In this document: positions 8,997-18,155 of the stretch, piece after piece
Layout of the letters: the number at the start of each line of letters is the position of its first letter
Numbering within the stretch: position 1 is the first letter of the stretch
Assembly: GCA_035455275.1 (NCBI GenBank)
Contig: DATIFO010000045.1
Coordinates: 2,421-66,420, forward strand
Direction: 5' to 3'
Length of the DNA: 64,000 bases
From: Candidatus Methylomirabilis sp.
GTDB taxonomy: Bacteria > Methylomirabilota > Methylomirabilia > Methylomirabilales > 2-02-FULL-66-22
Translations under genes and position numbers: made by a program
The notes under the pieces: generated by a model
Told to the model about the DNA's origin: nothing
Database searches by the model: none
What the model saw: only the letters and a program-made list of their open reading frames with translations

Positions 8997-9968
8997 ATGA
9001 AACGGATCGCGGTCTTGACGAGCGGGGGGGATGCGCCGGGGATGAACGCGGCCATCCGGGCGGTCGTGCGAACGGGCATCGACCGGGGGTGGGAGGTCTT
9101 GGGTGTCCGACATGGCTATGCCGGCCTGATCGCGAACGATATGGCCGCGCTGAACGCCCGGGATGTGGGCGGCATCCTGCAGCGCGGCGGCACGGTGCTG
9201 GGAAGCGCCCGGAGCGCGGAATTCGAGACGGAGGCCGGACGCGAGAAGGCCATCCGTAATCTGAATGCGCGGGGCGTCGAGGACTTGATCGTCATCGGCG
9301 GGAACGGATCGCAAACGGGGGCCGCGTGCCTGTTCCGGATGGGTTTCCCGGTGATGGGGGTGGCGTCCACGATCGACAACGACCTGGTCGGCTCCGATAT
9401 CACCATCGGAGTGGACACGGCCCTGAACATCGCCCTGGAAGCCATAGACCGGCTGAAGACGACGGCCTCCTCCCACCAGCGGGCCTTCCTCGTCGAGGTG
9501 ATGGGTCGACGCTGCGGGTATCTGGCCCTGATGGCCGCCATCGCCGGCGGGTCGGAGGCGGTCCTGCTGCCGGAGTTCGAGACCGACCCGGAAGAGTTGG
9601 CCGCCGACCTCCACGCGGTGTACCTCCGCGGAAAGCCGCACGCCATCGTGGTCGTGGCCGAGGGAGCCAAGTACAACGCCGAGGCGCTGGCAGCCTACTT
9701 CCGGAAAAACCAGGAGCGACTCGGCTTCGATCTCCGCGTCACCACCCTCGGCCATGTCCAGCGGGGAGGGGCGCCCGGGGCCTTCGACCGGATCCTGGCG
9801 ACGCGGCTGGGGGGCGGGGCCACGGAGGCCCTGGCGAAGGGGGAGCGCGGGGTGCTGGTCGGCCTCATCAAGGGCGAGGTCGTGACCACGCCGCTGGAGG
9901 AGGTTGTTGGAAAGCAGAAAACGCTGGACCCCTGGCTCGTGGCGCTGGCCGGTGTCCTGGCCAAGTAG
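8997..9968 (+). CDS. pfkA: ATP-dependent 6-phosphofructokinase
   Basis: Motifs SGGDAPGMNAAIR, IGGNGS, STIDNDL and EVMGR. 323 aa. Confidence 0.9.
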   Translation: MKRIAVLTSGGDAPGMNAAIRAVVRTGIDRGWEVLGVRHGYAGLIANDMAALNARDVGGILQRGGTVLGSARSAEFETEAGREKAIRNLNARGVEDLIVIGGNGSQTGAACLFRMGFPVMGVASTIDNDLVGSDITIGVDTALNIALEAIDRLKTTASSHQRAFLVEVMGRRCGYLALMAAIAGGSEAVLLPEFETDPEELAADLHAVYLRGKPHAIVVVAEGAKYNAEALAAYFRKNQERLGFDLRVTTLGHVQRGGAPGAFDRILATRLGGGATEALAKGERGVLVGLIKGEVVTTPLEEVVGKQKTLDPWLVALAGVLAK

Positions 9969-9980
9969 CCTGGTACGGAT

Positions 9981-10400
9981 ATGCAGGCGCCTGCTGTGGC
10001 GAAGGGGCGGGGCCGGGCCGTTGCCCGGGCGGGGCTCGGTTTCTTCGATCGGGTCTACGTCCTGGTGGCCCGGATCCCGCGGGGCAAGGTGGCCACGTAC
10101 GGTCAGATCGCCCGCCTCCTGGGAGCCTCTCGTTCTGCCCGGGTCGTCGGGTGGGCCATGCACGGGAATCCCCACGGGTCCAAGGTTCCCTGCCACCGGG
10201 TGGTGCAGCGGGGCGGGTCCTTGAGCCCGAACTACTGCGTCGGCGACCCCGACCGCCAGCGCCGCCTGCTGGAGCGGGAGGGCGTGACCTTCCGCCTGGA
10301 CGGCCGGGTCGACATGAGCCTCCATCAGTGGGATGCCAAGAGGCCCCGGCCGGCACAGCGGGGCCCGGCGCGAGGAGGTGGCACATGCGGAGCGGACTGA
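9981..10400 (+). CDS. MGMT-family protein (methylated-DNA-protein-cysteine methyltransferase DNA-binding domain)
   Basis: YGQIA...PCHRVV active-site context. Only the C-terminal domain is present. Confidence 0.8.
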   Translation: MQAPAVAKGRGRAVARAGLGFFDRVYVLVARIPRGKVATYGQIARLLGASRSARVVGWAMHGNPHGSKVPCHRVVQRGGSLSPNYCVGDPDRQRRLLEREGVTFRLDGRVDMSLHQWDAKRPRPAQRGPARGGGTCGAD

Positions 10401-11341
10401 ATTATCCAGGGTTCCTGCTGGCGGTGTCTGCGGTGCTCTGCGCGGCGGTGCCGGCGGGGGCGCAGGAGTATCCGACCAAACCAGTCGAGGTGGTCGTCGG
10501 CTATCCGCCGGGAGGCGGCACGGACATGATTGCCCGCGCCATCGCCGACGTGGCCCAGAAGTACGTCGGGCAGCCGCTGGTCATCAACAACAAGCCGGGG
10601 GCCACGGGGATCATCGGGTCACAGTACGTGGCCAGTTCGAAGCCCGATGGCTATACGCTGCTCGTGGCGGGCGGGAGCGAGACCGTGTCCGTCCCGCACT
10701 TCAAGAGCCTGCCGTTCAACCCCATCAGCGATTTCGATCCCATCATCCGCCTGATGATCGAGCGGGTGGCGTTCTATGTGAAGGGCGAGAACCCCTGGAA
10801 GACCATGCAGGAGTTCGTGGCGGATGCCAGGCGAAATCCCGACAGGTTCACGTATGCCACCTCGGGCGTCGGCGGCATCCATCACGCCACGGTGCTGGTG
10901 CTGGAGAAGCGGACGGGGATGCGTCTGAGCCACGTCCCGCACAAGGGCGGAGCGGAGACCCTGGCCGCCGTGGCGGGGGGCCATGTCGACGTGGCCATGG
11001 CCTCGCCCAACGAGGCGTACGCCCTGGTGCAGGGGGGCCGCATCCGGGCGCTGGCCAACGCCTCGCTGACGCGCTCTCCGACGGAGCCGAACACGCCCAC
11101 CCTGCGGGAGCTGGGCTACGACGTGTACATCGAGAACCAGAAAGGGTTCGTGTTCCCCAAGGGCGTCCCGCAGCCGATCCTCCAGAGACTCCATGATGGT
11201 CTGCGGAAGGCCTGGGATGATCCCCAGTTCAGGGCCAACGCGGACAAGCTGAAGCTCGAGTTGGCGTACCTCAACGGGGAGGAGTTTCGGAAGGCCCTGA
11301 AGGCCATGTACGATCAGATCGGTGATTCCGTGAAGAAGTGA
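10385..11341 (+). CDS. tctC: tripartite tricarboxylate transporter substrate-binding protein (Bug/TctC family)
   Basis: Internal ATG gives signal peptide MRSGLNYPGFLLAVSAVLCAAVPAGAQEYPTKP. The following YPPGGGTDMIAR and NKPGATG motifs are typical of TctC. Confidence 0.9.
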   Translation: MRSGLNYPGFLLAVSAVLCAAVPAGAQEYPTKPVEVVVGYPPGGGTDMIARAIADVAQKYVGQPLVINNKPGATGIIGSQYVASSKPDGYTLLVAGGSETVSVPHFKSLPFNPISDFDPIIRLMIERVAFYVKGENPWKTMQEFVADARRNPDRFTYATSGVGGIHHATVLVLEKRTGMRLSHVPHKGGAETLAAVAGGHVDVAMASPNEAYALVQGGRIRALANASLTRSPTEPNTPTLRELGYDVYIENQKGFVFPKGVPQPILQRLHDGLRKAWDDPQFRANADKLKLELAYLNGEEFRKALKAMYDQIGDSVKK

Positions 11342-11359
11342 CCCCGGGACACGCGAGGC

Positions 11360-11818
11360 ATGCCGATGACCCTGGATCGGGCTCTCGGCGCGGGGGCCGT
11401 TCTGCTGGCCGTTCCGGTCAGCGTGGCCTCGTGGGGATATGGGGTGGGGAGCCCTCGATCCCCCGGCGCCGGGTTCTGGCCGCTGCTCATCGCCGCGACG
11501 ATGGCCGGTCTGGGCCTATGGCTCTTCCTGCGGCCGGCCCACGCCCCCTCCGCCGGAATGTCCCCGGTGTCCCGCTGGGGGAGGTTCGGCATCGCCCTGG
11601 GCACGCTGGCATTCTATGCGGTCGCCCTGGAGCCGCTCGGGTACCTTCTCGCCACCGCTCTCCTGCTGTTCGTCCAGTTCCGATGGGTGGAGAGCCGTTC
11701 CTGGCGGATGAGCGCGTGGACCGCGGTCTTGACGGCCCTCGTCACCCTGCTCCTCTTTCGCACGCTGCTCAAGGTCCCCTTGCCCGTGGGCGTGATCCCA
11801 CTGCCCCGGGGCTGGTGA
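11360..11818 (+). CDS. tctB: tripartite tricarboxylate transporter small membrane protein TctB
   Basis: 152-aa four-TM-like protein located between tctC and tctA. Confidence 0.8.
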   Translation: MPMTLDRALGAGAVLLAVPVSVASWGYGVGSPRSPGAGFWPLLIAATMAGLGLWLFLRPAHAPSAGMSPVSRWGRFGIALGTLAFYAVALEPLGYLLATALLLFVQFRWVESRSWRMSAWTAVLTALVTLLLFRTLLKVPLPVGVIPLPRGW

Positions 11819-11840
11819 GATCGATCGCGCGGGAGCGAGA

Positions 11841-13382
11841 TTGGATACGCTGGGCTCCCTGTTCCACGGCTTTGCCGTTGCCCTGACGCCCGGGAACCTG
11901 CTCGTGGTGCTCCTGGGGACCCTCGTCGGGACCGTGATCGGGGTCTTGCCCGGACTGGGTCCCACGGCCTCCATCGCCCTGCTCTTGCCCATCACCATCG
12001 GCATGGACATGCTGCCGGCCCTGATCATGCTGGCGGGGATCTACTACGGGGCGATGTACGGGGGCTCGACCACGTCCATCCTGGTGAACATCCCGGGCGA
12101 GGCCGCCTCCGTCGTCACCTGCATCGACGGCTATCAGATGGCGCGCCAGGGGCGGGCGGGCCCGGCGCTGGGAATGTCGGCCTTCGGATCGTTCATCGGC
12201 GGCAGCGTGGGCGTGGTCGCCGTGATGCTCATCTCTCCCGTCCTGGCCGAGGCCGCGCTCAAGTTCGGGCCGGCCGAGATGTTCGCCCTGCTGTTTTTCG
12301 CCTTCACCTGCATCGGCGGCCTGACCGGAACGTCCAAGGGCCGGGGCCTCCTCATGGCCAGCGTCGGCCTGCTCCTCGGCTCGATCGGCACCGACGATAT
12401 CCACGGGGTGGACCGGTTCACCTTCGGGAGCCTGTACCTCCGGGACGGCATCGGGCTCGTGCCGCTCGCCATGGGACTCTTTGGGCTGGGGGAGATCCTG
12501 TACAACATCGAGCAGCGGGAAGGGACCGGCGCGGTCATGGAGACGCCCAGGAACCTCCTGCCGACGCTCCGGGACTGGAAGGATTCGACCTGGCCGATCC
12601 TGCGGGGAAGCCTCCTCGGCTTCGGCATCGGCGTCCTCCCGGGCGGCATGCCGGCGGTGGCGTCGCTCCTGAGCTATGCCGTGGAGAGGCGCGTCGCCAG
12701 GCGGCCGGAGGAGTTCGGGAAAGGGGCCATCGCGGGAGTGGCGGGTCCCGAGACGGCCAACAACGCCGCCACCGCGGGCGGCTTCGTGCCGTTGCTCACG
12801 CTCGGGATCCCCACCAACAGCGTCCTCGCCCTGATGCTGGCGGCGCTCATGCTGCACGGGGTGACGCCGGGGCCGCTCCTGCTCCTCAAGTGGCCGGACG
12901 TGTTCTGGGGCGTGATCGCCAGCATGTACATCGGCAACCTCATGCTCCTCATCCTCAACCTGCCGATGATCGGGCTCTTCGTGCAACTGCTCAAGGTGCC
13001 CTACGGAATCCTGTCGCCCCTGATCATCATGTTTGTCTTGGTGGGGGCGTACGCCCTCAACCACAGCGTCGCCGATGTGTGCATGACCATCCTCTTCGGG
13101 ATCGTGGGCTACCTCATGAAGCGGTACGGGCTCGAGCCGGCCCCCTTGGTGCTGGCCTTCGTCCTGGGACCCATGCTCGAGAACAACCTGAGCAAGGCCC
13201 TCATTCTATCCCGGACGGGGAACCCGCTGTTCCTATTCTCGCGGCCCATCTCGGCGACCCTCCTCACGCTGGCCATCCTCGTCCTGGCCTACCCGCTGGT
13301 CCGGTGGTGCCTCACGCGGAGGGTCGACCGGGAAGGTTCGTCCTCCCACCCCTTTCCTGTTGGTCCGGGACATTCTCCTTGA
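11841..13382 (+). CDS. tctA: tripartite tricarboxylate transporter large permease TctA
   Basis: 513-aa polytopic protein with a TTG start; opens MDTLGSLFHGFAVALTPGNLL. Confidence 0.9.
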   Translation: MDTLGSLFHGFAVALTPGNLLVVLLGTLVGTVIGVLPGLGPTASIALLLPITIGMDMLPALIMLAGIYYGAMYGGSTTSILVNIPGEAASVVTCIDGYQMARQGRAGPALGMSAFGSFIGGSVGVVAVMLISPVLAEAALKFGPAEMFALLFFAFTCIGGLTGTSKGRGLLMASVGLLLGSIGTDDIHGVDRFTFGSLYLRDGIGLVPLAMGLFGLGEILYNIEQREGTGAVMETPRNLLPTLRDWKDSTWPILRGSLLGFGIGVLPGGMPAVASLLSYAVERRVARRPEEFGKGAIAGVAGPETANNAATAGGFVPLLTLGIPTNSVLALMLAALMLHGVTPGPLLLLKWPDVFWGVIASMYIGNLMLLILNLPMIGLFVQLLKVPYGILSPLIIMFVLVGAYALNHSVADVCMTILFGIVGYLMKRYGLEPAPLVLAFVLGPMLENNLSKALILSRTGNPLFLFSRPISATLLTLAILVLAYPLVRWCLTRRVDREGSSSHPFPVGPGHSP

Positions 13383-13457
13383 TCTGGGAACCCCGCAGGG
13401 GTAAGTACACTGTTTCGTAGGTTCGATGACATGTCTCGTGACCAGGGGATCGGCCTT

Positions 13458-13500
13458 GCCCCCCGCTCGCCCTGAGCCCGTCGAAGGGTGAGCGGGGGGC
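13458..13500. repeat. GC-rich palindromic intergenic element
   Basis: GCCCCCCGCTC gccct gagcccgtcga agggt GAGCGGGGGGC. The outer stem is a perfect 11 bp and there is an inner 5-bp stem. Confidence 0.6.
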
Positions 13501-13628
13501 AGATGCGTCGCCGAGCGCAAGGGCCACCGGAGTGAGCAAAGAGCCACAGCCGGGACCGGGCGGGCCGGGGGCGCCGGGCGTCGAGGAACGGGGAACAGGA
13601 CTTCCTAACACGTGAGGCGAAGGAACCC

Positions 13629-14594
13629 ATGAAGCCAAGAGTGCTGGTGACGGAGGCGATCCATCAAGCGGGATGGGATCTGCTGGCTGGGGAGACGGTG
13701 GGGGTGGCGTGGACCGGGGAGCAGGCCGAGCCGCTGGCCAGGGCGCTGGAGGGCGTCCAGGCGGTCATCGTGCGGGTGGCCAAGCTTCCGGCGGATGTCA
13801 TCCGCGGGGCGAAGGGACTGAAGATCATCGCCAAGCACGGCGTGGGCTACGACAACATCGATGTGAAGGCGGCCACGGAATGCGGCATCCTCGTGACCAA
13901 CACGCCCACCGCCAACTCGCAGTCGGTGGCGGAGCACGCCCTGGCCCTGCTCCTCGCCGTGGCGCGCCGGGTCGGCGATGTCAGCCGCGACCTGGCCCTC
14001 AAGCACATCCAGTCCCAGAAGGCCTATCAGGGGTTCGAGCTCGGCGGGAAGGTCATGGGCATCATCGGGCTGGGCGGGGCCGGGCTCCGGCTGGCGCGCA
14101 TGACGGGGAACGGCCTGGGCATGCGCGTGATCGGGTACGACCCGTACAGGCAGCCGTGGCCCGAGGGGGTCGAGCGATTCCAGGATCTGAACCCCCTGCT
14201 GGCGGAAGCGGACTACCTTTCCATCCACGTTCCCCTCACCGCCGAGACGAGGAACGTCATCGGGCCGGCGGCCATGTCGCGGATGAAGCCGACGAGCGTC
14301 CTGGTGAACACGGCCCGGGGCGGCATCGTGGATGAGGCGGCGCTGGCCGAGGCGATCAAGGGGGGGCGCATCGGCGGGGCGGGGTTGGACGTGATCGTGG
14401 ACGAGCCGCTCCAGGCAAATCATCCCCTGGCCGGGCTCCCCAATGTGATCCTCACCCCCCACATGGCGGGCGTGACGGAAGAGGCCATGATGCGGATGGC
14501 CCAGAACGCCGCCGAGGACGTCGTGCGCGTCCTGCGGGGCGAGCGTCCGAAGTACCCGGTCAATCCGGACGTTTTCACCCGGCGTGGCATGTAG
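13629..14594 (+). CDS. D-isomer-specific 2-hydroxyacid dehydrogenase family protein
   Basis: 321 aa with NAD loop GIIGLGGAGLRLA, NTARGGIVDE and TPHMAG motifs. Confidence 0.9.
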   Translation: MKPRVLVTEAIHQAGWDLLAGETVGVAWTGEQAEPLARALEGVQAVIVRVAKLPADVIRGAKGLKIIAKHGVGYDNIDVKAATECGILVTNTPTANSQSVAEHALALLLAVARRVGDVSRDLALKHIQSQKAYQGFELGGKVMGIIGLGGAGLRLARMTGNGLGMRVIGYDPYRQPWPEGVERFQDLNPLLAEADYLSIHVPLTAETRNVIGPAAMSRMKPTSVLVNTARGGIVDEAALAEAIKGGRIGGAGLDVIVDEPLQANHPLAGLPNVILTPHMAGVTEEAMMRMAQNAAEDVVRVLRGERPKYPVNPDVFTRRGM

Positions 14595-14659
14595 CCGGTT
14601 GTCGCCGCCGGAAGCGGAAGAAGGGAAGTGAATCCTGGGTCCCGGCAGGTTGACCCCGG

Positions 14660-14704
14660 GACCGGAAAACGAAAACGACGGCCCCACGATCAGGGGCCGC
14701 CGTC
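14660..14704 (-). terminator. rho-independent terminator of the small peptide gene
   Basis: Minus strand reads GACGGCGGCCCC tgatcgt GGGGCCGTC followed by GTTTTCGTTTTCC. It starts 28 nt after the peptide stop codon. Confidence 0.6.
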
Positions 14705-14731
14705 TCGCAAGACTTTTCTGTGATCCAGCAA

Positions 14732-14866
14732 TCAACTCTGGGGCATGGGCTTCGTCGGGGCGGGTGTGGCGGTGTCGGTGTGAGACCCTCCACACTCGGC
14801 CAATGCAGTTCCGGCGATTCCGAGCAGCAGGCCAAGGGCGAATACCAGACTCAGTAGCTTTCGCAT
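14732..14866 (-). CDS. small secreted peptide (44 aa), too short for the ORF track
   Basis: Sequence is MRKLLSLVFALGLLLGIAGTALA/ECGGSHTDTATPAPTKPMPQS. It has SD AAGGAGGAGAAGGAG, an ATG start, a signal peptide with an ALA-E cleavage context, its own promoter and its own terminator. Confidence 0.55.
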   Translation of the reverse strand: MRKLLSLVFALGLLLGIAGTALAECGGSHTDTATPAPTKPMPQS

Positions 14867-14919
14867 CGCTGTCTCCTTCTCCTCCTTGATACTCCCATCC
14901 CCCCCGGTCTCGATGGGCC

Positions 14920-14948
14920 CTTATACCGGACCAGTCTAGTCCTGTCAA
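14920..14948 (-). promoter_or_regulatory. near-consensus sigma-70 promoter of the small peptide gene
   Basis: Minus strand reads TTGACA-17 nt-TATAAG, about 54 nt upstream of the ATG. Confidence 0.5.
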
Positions 14949-15944
14949 GGCATTTCCACGGGCTCCGGGGTGCGTAGCGATCCTGATCCGAGGGCCGCGG
15001 TGGGGTCTCGCCTCGTCGAGCCGTCTCCTGCTTCCCCCCCGGATGCGTGCACGCGTCGTCTCGGATCCGCCGTCGTGTTCCGGCGCGCCCCTCGACTCTT
15101 CACGCCGCTTCCCTCCGCGCTACGGCGTCACACTTTCCGTCGCCCCTCACGGAAATGCCGTGGCCGGATTTGCCCCGACACGGACGCCAGACATCTCTGA
15201 GACTCGGACAGTCCACGTACAAAGCTCAAACTGCCCGACATTGACCTGAAACTATGAGGGCACGTTGGATTGCCAATCCAGCGGATAAAGCCACCTCCCG
15301 CTCTGCCAGCCTCTCTGCTCATCGGTCACCGACTGCCGCCGCGCTATCGCAGGGGCTTGCCCGGGTTGCACTTCACCATGATGATGGTGTTCCGCCTGGT
15401 ACTGCATTGCCGATAGGACAAGCCGAAGTTCGTTCTTGACTCAGATCCCACGTGGGTAGTAGAGAGTTGACAATCGTTACACTTCCCCCTGTTTTCGCCC
15501 GGCCGCGTTTTTCGGGCCTTGTGCCCTGTTCGATATCTCGACCCCCACCATCTCACCCCGTCTGGCTGAGGGTGTCCGCATGCGCCACCCCGGCGTCCCG
15601 AGGGTCCTCGGGGGGAGCCCCTGGGCATGCGTGGCCACACCGGCCACGTCTTACCTTCCACGTTTTCCTGCCGAGTTCTGGCAGAGAGCTTCCATCGAGA
15701 CACTCTCCCGACTCCTAAGCGAAGCACAAGCGCCGCTAGCCGATTGGGCTGGAGCGGGCGACTGCACGTTGCACTGCCCGTCTCCCTCGCCTGGGTACCG
15801 GCGATTGCGCTCCGGCTGCGCCATCCACAATCACAGGGGGCACCAGCAGGTGGATAGCCAAACCTGGATCGCCCTCCCGAGCGAATCACCAAGCCTGGAT
15901 CCTGGCGTCATGGGGGTAATCGTACTGCCAATAGGAGCCGCATC

Positions 15945-18155
15945 ATGCGAGGCCGGATAGCGACAAGAACCCTGCGGCTCGGGCTGGTCGTGGGCTGCCT
16001 GTGGGCCTGGTCACCCGCCGGGAGCGCGGCGCACGCACAGTCAGCGTTCACCGACGACCCGCTTGTGCCGCGGCTCAGCGCAATCAAGGCGGCGCATTTC
16101 ATGGAACTGCGGACGGCCATTGACGACCTCCGAGCCCGATTTGGCCTCAAGCCTTTCCTGTTTACCGACCCCGTGCTCACCCCGAGAAGCACGCTGATTC
16201 GGCTGGTTCATCTCACCGACCTCCGCACCGCCCTCGCCGCGGTCTATCAAGGGGCCAAGAAGGTGCCGCCGAGCTACACCGACCCCAGCCCCGTGGTCCG
16301 GCAGAGCATCGTCGAGGCGACCCACCTGAGCGAGCTGCGCGCGGCGGTCCACACCCTTGAGCAGCTCCTCGTGCCCCTCACGGTGAAATTTCTGGGAAGC
16401 GGCAGCGGCACCGTAGCTTTCGACCGGCCAGGCAGCACGTGCCACCTGACCTGCACGGAACGCGTCGTCGCGGGCAATGAGGTCACTCTACAGGCACAGG
16501 CCGACACCGGCACCACATTCGAGGGCTGGGGCGACTCCCGTTGCGGCATGACCAACCCCTGCAAGCTGAACGTGAAGACCGCTACGGAGGTGACAGTTAC
16601 CTTCTCCCGCCCCCTGGGCTGGCCGCCGGCGATTTCCAACCTCAAGATCAATCCTGCGATCGCAGAACAAGGAGTTGGCCCGGTCGAGGTGAGCGGGAGC
16701 GTGGACTTCAGCGATCCCGACGCCAATGTCGTTCGCGTGCGGATCCTCCTTTCTGGCGGCCCGCAGGTCATCGAGATCCCGGTCACGCCTGGGGCCACGA
16801 CAGGCGTTCTCACGTGGCCGCTCGGGGTGGACACGGCCACACTGGGTGACATGCCCTTTACGGTGACGGCCGTCGACGCGAAAGGCAATGAGTCCAATGC
16901 CCTGCCGGGGAAGTTTCAGGTCGTGAGCCCTTACATCCCTGTCTACAGGCTTCACGGTCTTAATTTCGGGCCATACGTGGAGGGGCAGGACCCTGACGTG
17001 GGCTCCCAGATTGGCGAAGGGCAGCTACGGGCGCGGATGCGGGTCATCCGGTCATACACGCGGTGGATCCGAACGTTTGGAAGCGGCAATGGCTTGGAGA
17101 GGGCGGGACAGATCGCCCATGACATGGGTCTCAATACGGCCATCGGGGCCTGGCTCGGCCGAGATGCCTTGGCGAACGAGCGGGAGATCGCGAATCTCAT
17201 CGCCGCCGGGAAGGCCGGATGGGTGGACCTGGCGATCGTCGGGAGCGAAGTCTTGCGGCGAAACGACCTCTCGGCGGATCAACTCATTGCCTACATCGCT
17301 CGCGTGAAGAAGGAGTTACCCGAGATTCAAGTCACCACTGCAGAGATCTACCCCATCTATCTCGAGCACCAGTCGCTCCGCGCTGCGGTGGATGTGCTCT
17401 TCGTCAACTACTACCCGTACTGGGAAGAGGTCAGCGTGAGTCAGGCGCTGGCCGCACTCCATGATCGCCATCAGCAAGTGTTGGCGCTGGCCGGAGACAA
17501 GGCCGTCATCGTGTCGGAGAGCGGCTGGCCGAGTTGCGGGTCCCCGCGAGGAGAAGCGATCCCCTCGCCCGAGAATGCGAGCCTTTACTTCCTCAACTTT
17601 GCCTCGTGGGCGCAAGCCACTCAGGTTGAATACCACTACTTCGAGGCGTTTGATGAGAGCTGGAAGGTCAGGCAGGAGGGTCCGCAGGGCGCCTGCTGGG
17701 GCCTCTGGGACAAGGATGGCACGTTGAAGGCGGGCATGCAGGACGTCTTCGACGGGAAGACCATGCCCGACAACTGGAGCGGCACCGAGGTGGTTGGCGG
17801 ACCGGGGATTGCTTCCATCAGCTTCACCCGCGTGCCACCTTACGGCGGCTCCGAGAATCTCGGCGGCGAGGTACGACACGTCAGGCCCGCGGATCATCGG
17901 GTGGCGGTGTACATCAAGGTCGGCGGACGGTGGTGGACGAAGCCGACGTTCGCCGAGCCGCTCACGCGGATACGGCCTGACGGCACATGGATGTGCGACA
18001 TCACGACTGGCGGCATCGATGAGCAGGCGACGATGATCGCCGCCTACCTCGTGCCCGTCGGATACAGTCCTCCAACGATGGCAGGAGGTGTAACGCTTCC
18101 GGCAGAGCTTGCTGGAAGGGCTCTCGCCAAGGTCGAGATCACTCGGGCACCCTGA
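15945..18155 (+). CDS. secreted multidomain glycoside hydrolase family 17 (beta-1,3-glucanase/transglycosylase-like) protein
   Basis: SD TAGGAG precedes the start. Order of parts: signal peptide; three approximately 40-aa repeats with an H..ELR core; a GSGTV...C...C...F.GW..C B-repeat-like module; an Ig-like segment; a GH17 core (LNFGPY, NYYPYW, VSESGWPS); a C-terminal beta-rich domain. Confidence 0.85.
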   Translation: MRGRIATRTLRLGLVVGCLWAWSPAGSAAHAQSAFTDDPLVPRLSAIKAAHFMELRTAIDDLRARFGLKPFLFTDPVLTPRSTLIRLVHLTDLRTALAAVYQGAKKVPPSYTDPSPVVRQSIVEATHLSELRAAVHTLEQLLVPLTVKFLGSGSGTVAFDRPGSTCHLTCTERVVAGNEVTLQAQADTGTTFEGWGDSRCGMTNPCKLNVKTATEVTVTFSRPLGWPPAISNLKINPAIAEQGVGPVEVSGSVDFSDPDANVVRVRILLSGGPQVIEIPVTPGATTGVLTWPLGVDTATLGDMPFTVTAVDAKGNESNALPGKFQVVSPYIPVYRLHGLNFGPYVEGQDPDVGSQIGEGQLRARMRVIRSYTRWIRTFGSGNGLERAGQIAHDMGLNTAIGAWLGRDALANEREIANLIAAGKAGWVDLAIVGSEVLRRNDLSADQLIAYIARVKKELPEIQVTTAEIYPIYLEHQSLRAAVDVLFVNYYPYWEEVSVSQALAALHDRHQQVLALAGDKAVIVSESGWPSCGSPRGEAIPSPENASLYFLNFASWAQATQVEYHYFEAFDESWKVRQEGPQGACWGLWDKDGTLKAGMQDVFDGKTMPDNWSGTEVVGGPGIASISFTRVPPYGGSENLGGEVRHVRPADHRVAVYIKVGGRWWTKPTFAEPLTRIRPDGTWMCDITTGGIDEQATMIAAYLVPVGYSPPTMAGGVTLPAELAGRALAKVEITRAP

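Noticed and set aside
15264-15282. TTGGA-TTGCCAA-TCCAG looks like a tRNA-Gly(GCC) anticodon stem-loop.
   Set aside because: No acceptor, D-arm or T-arm can be built from the flanking sequence on either strand.
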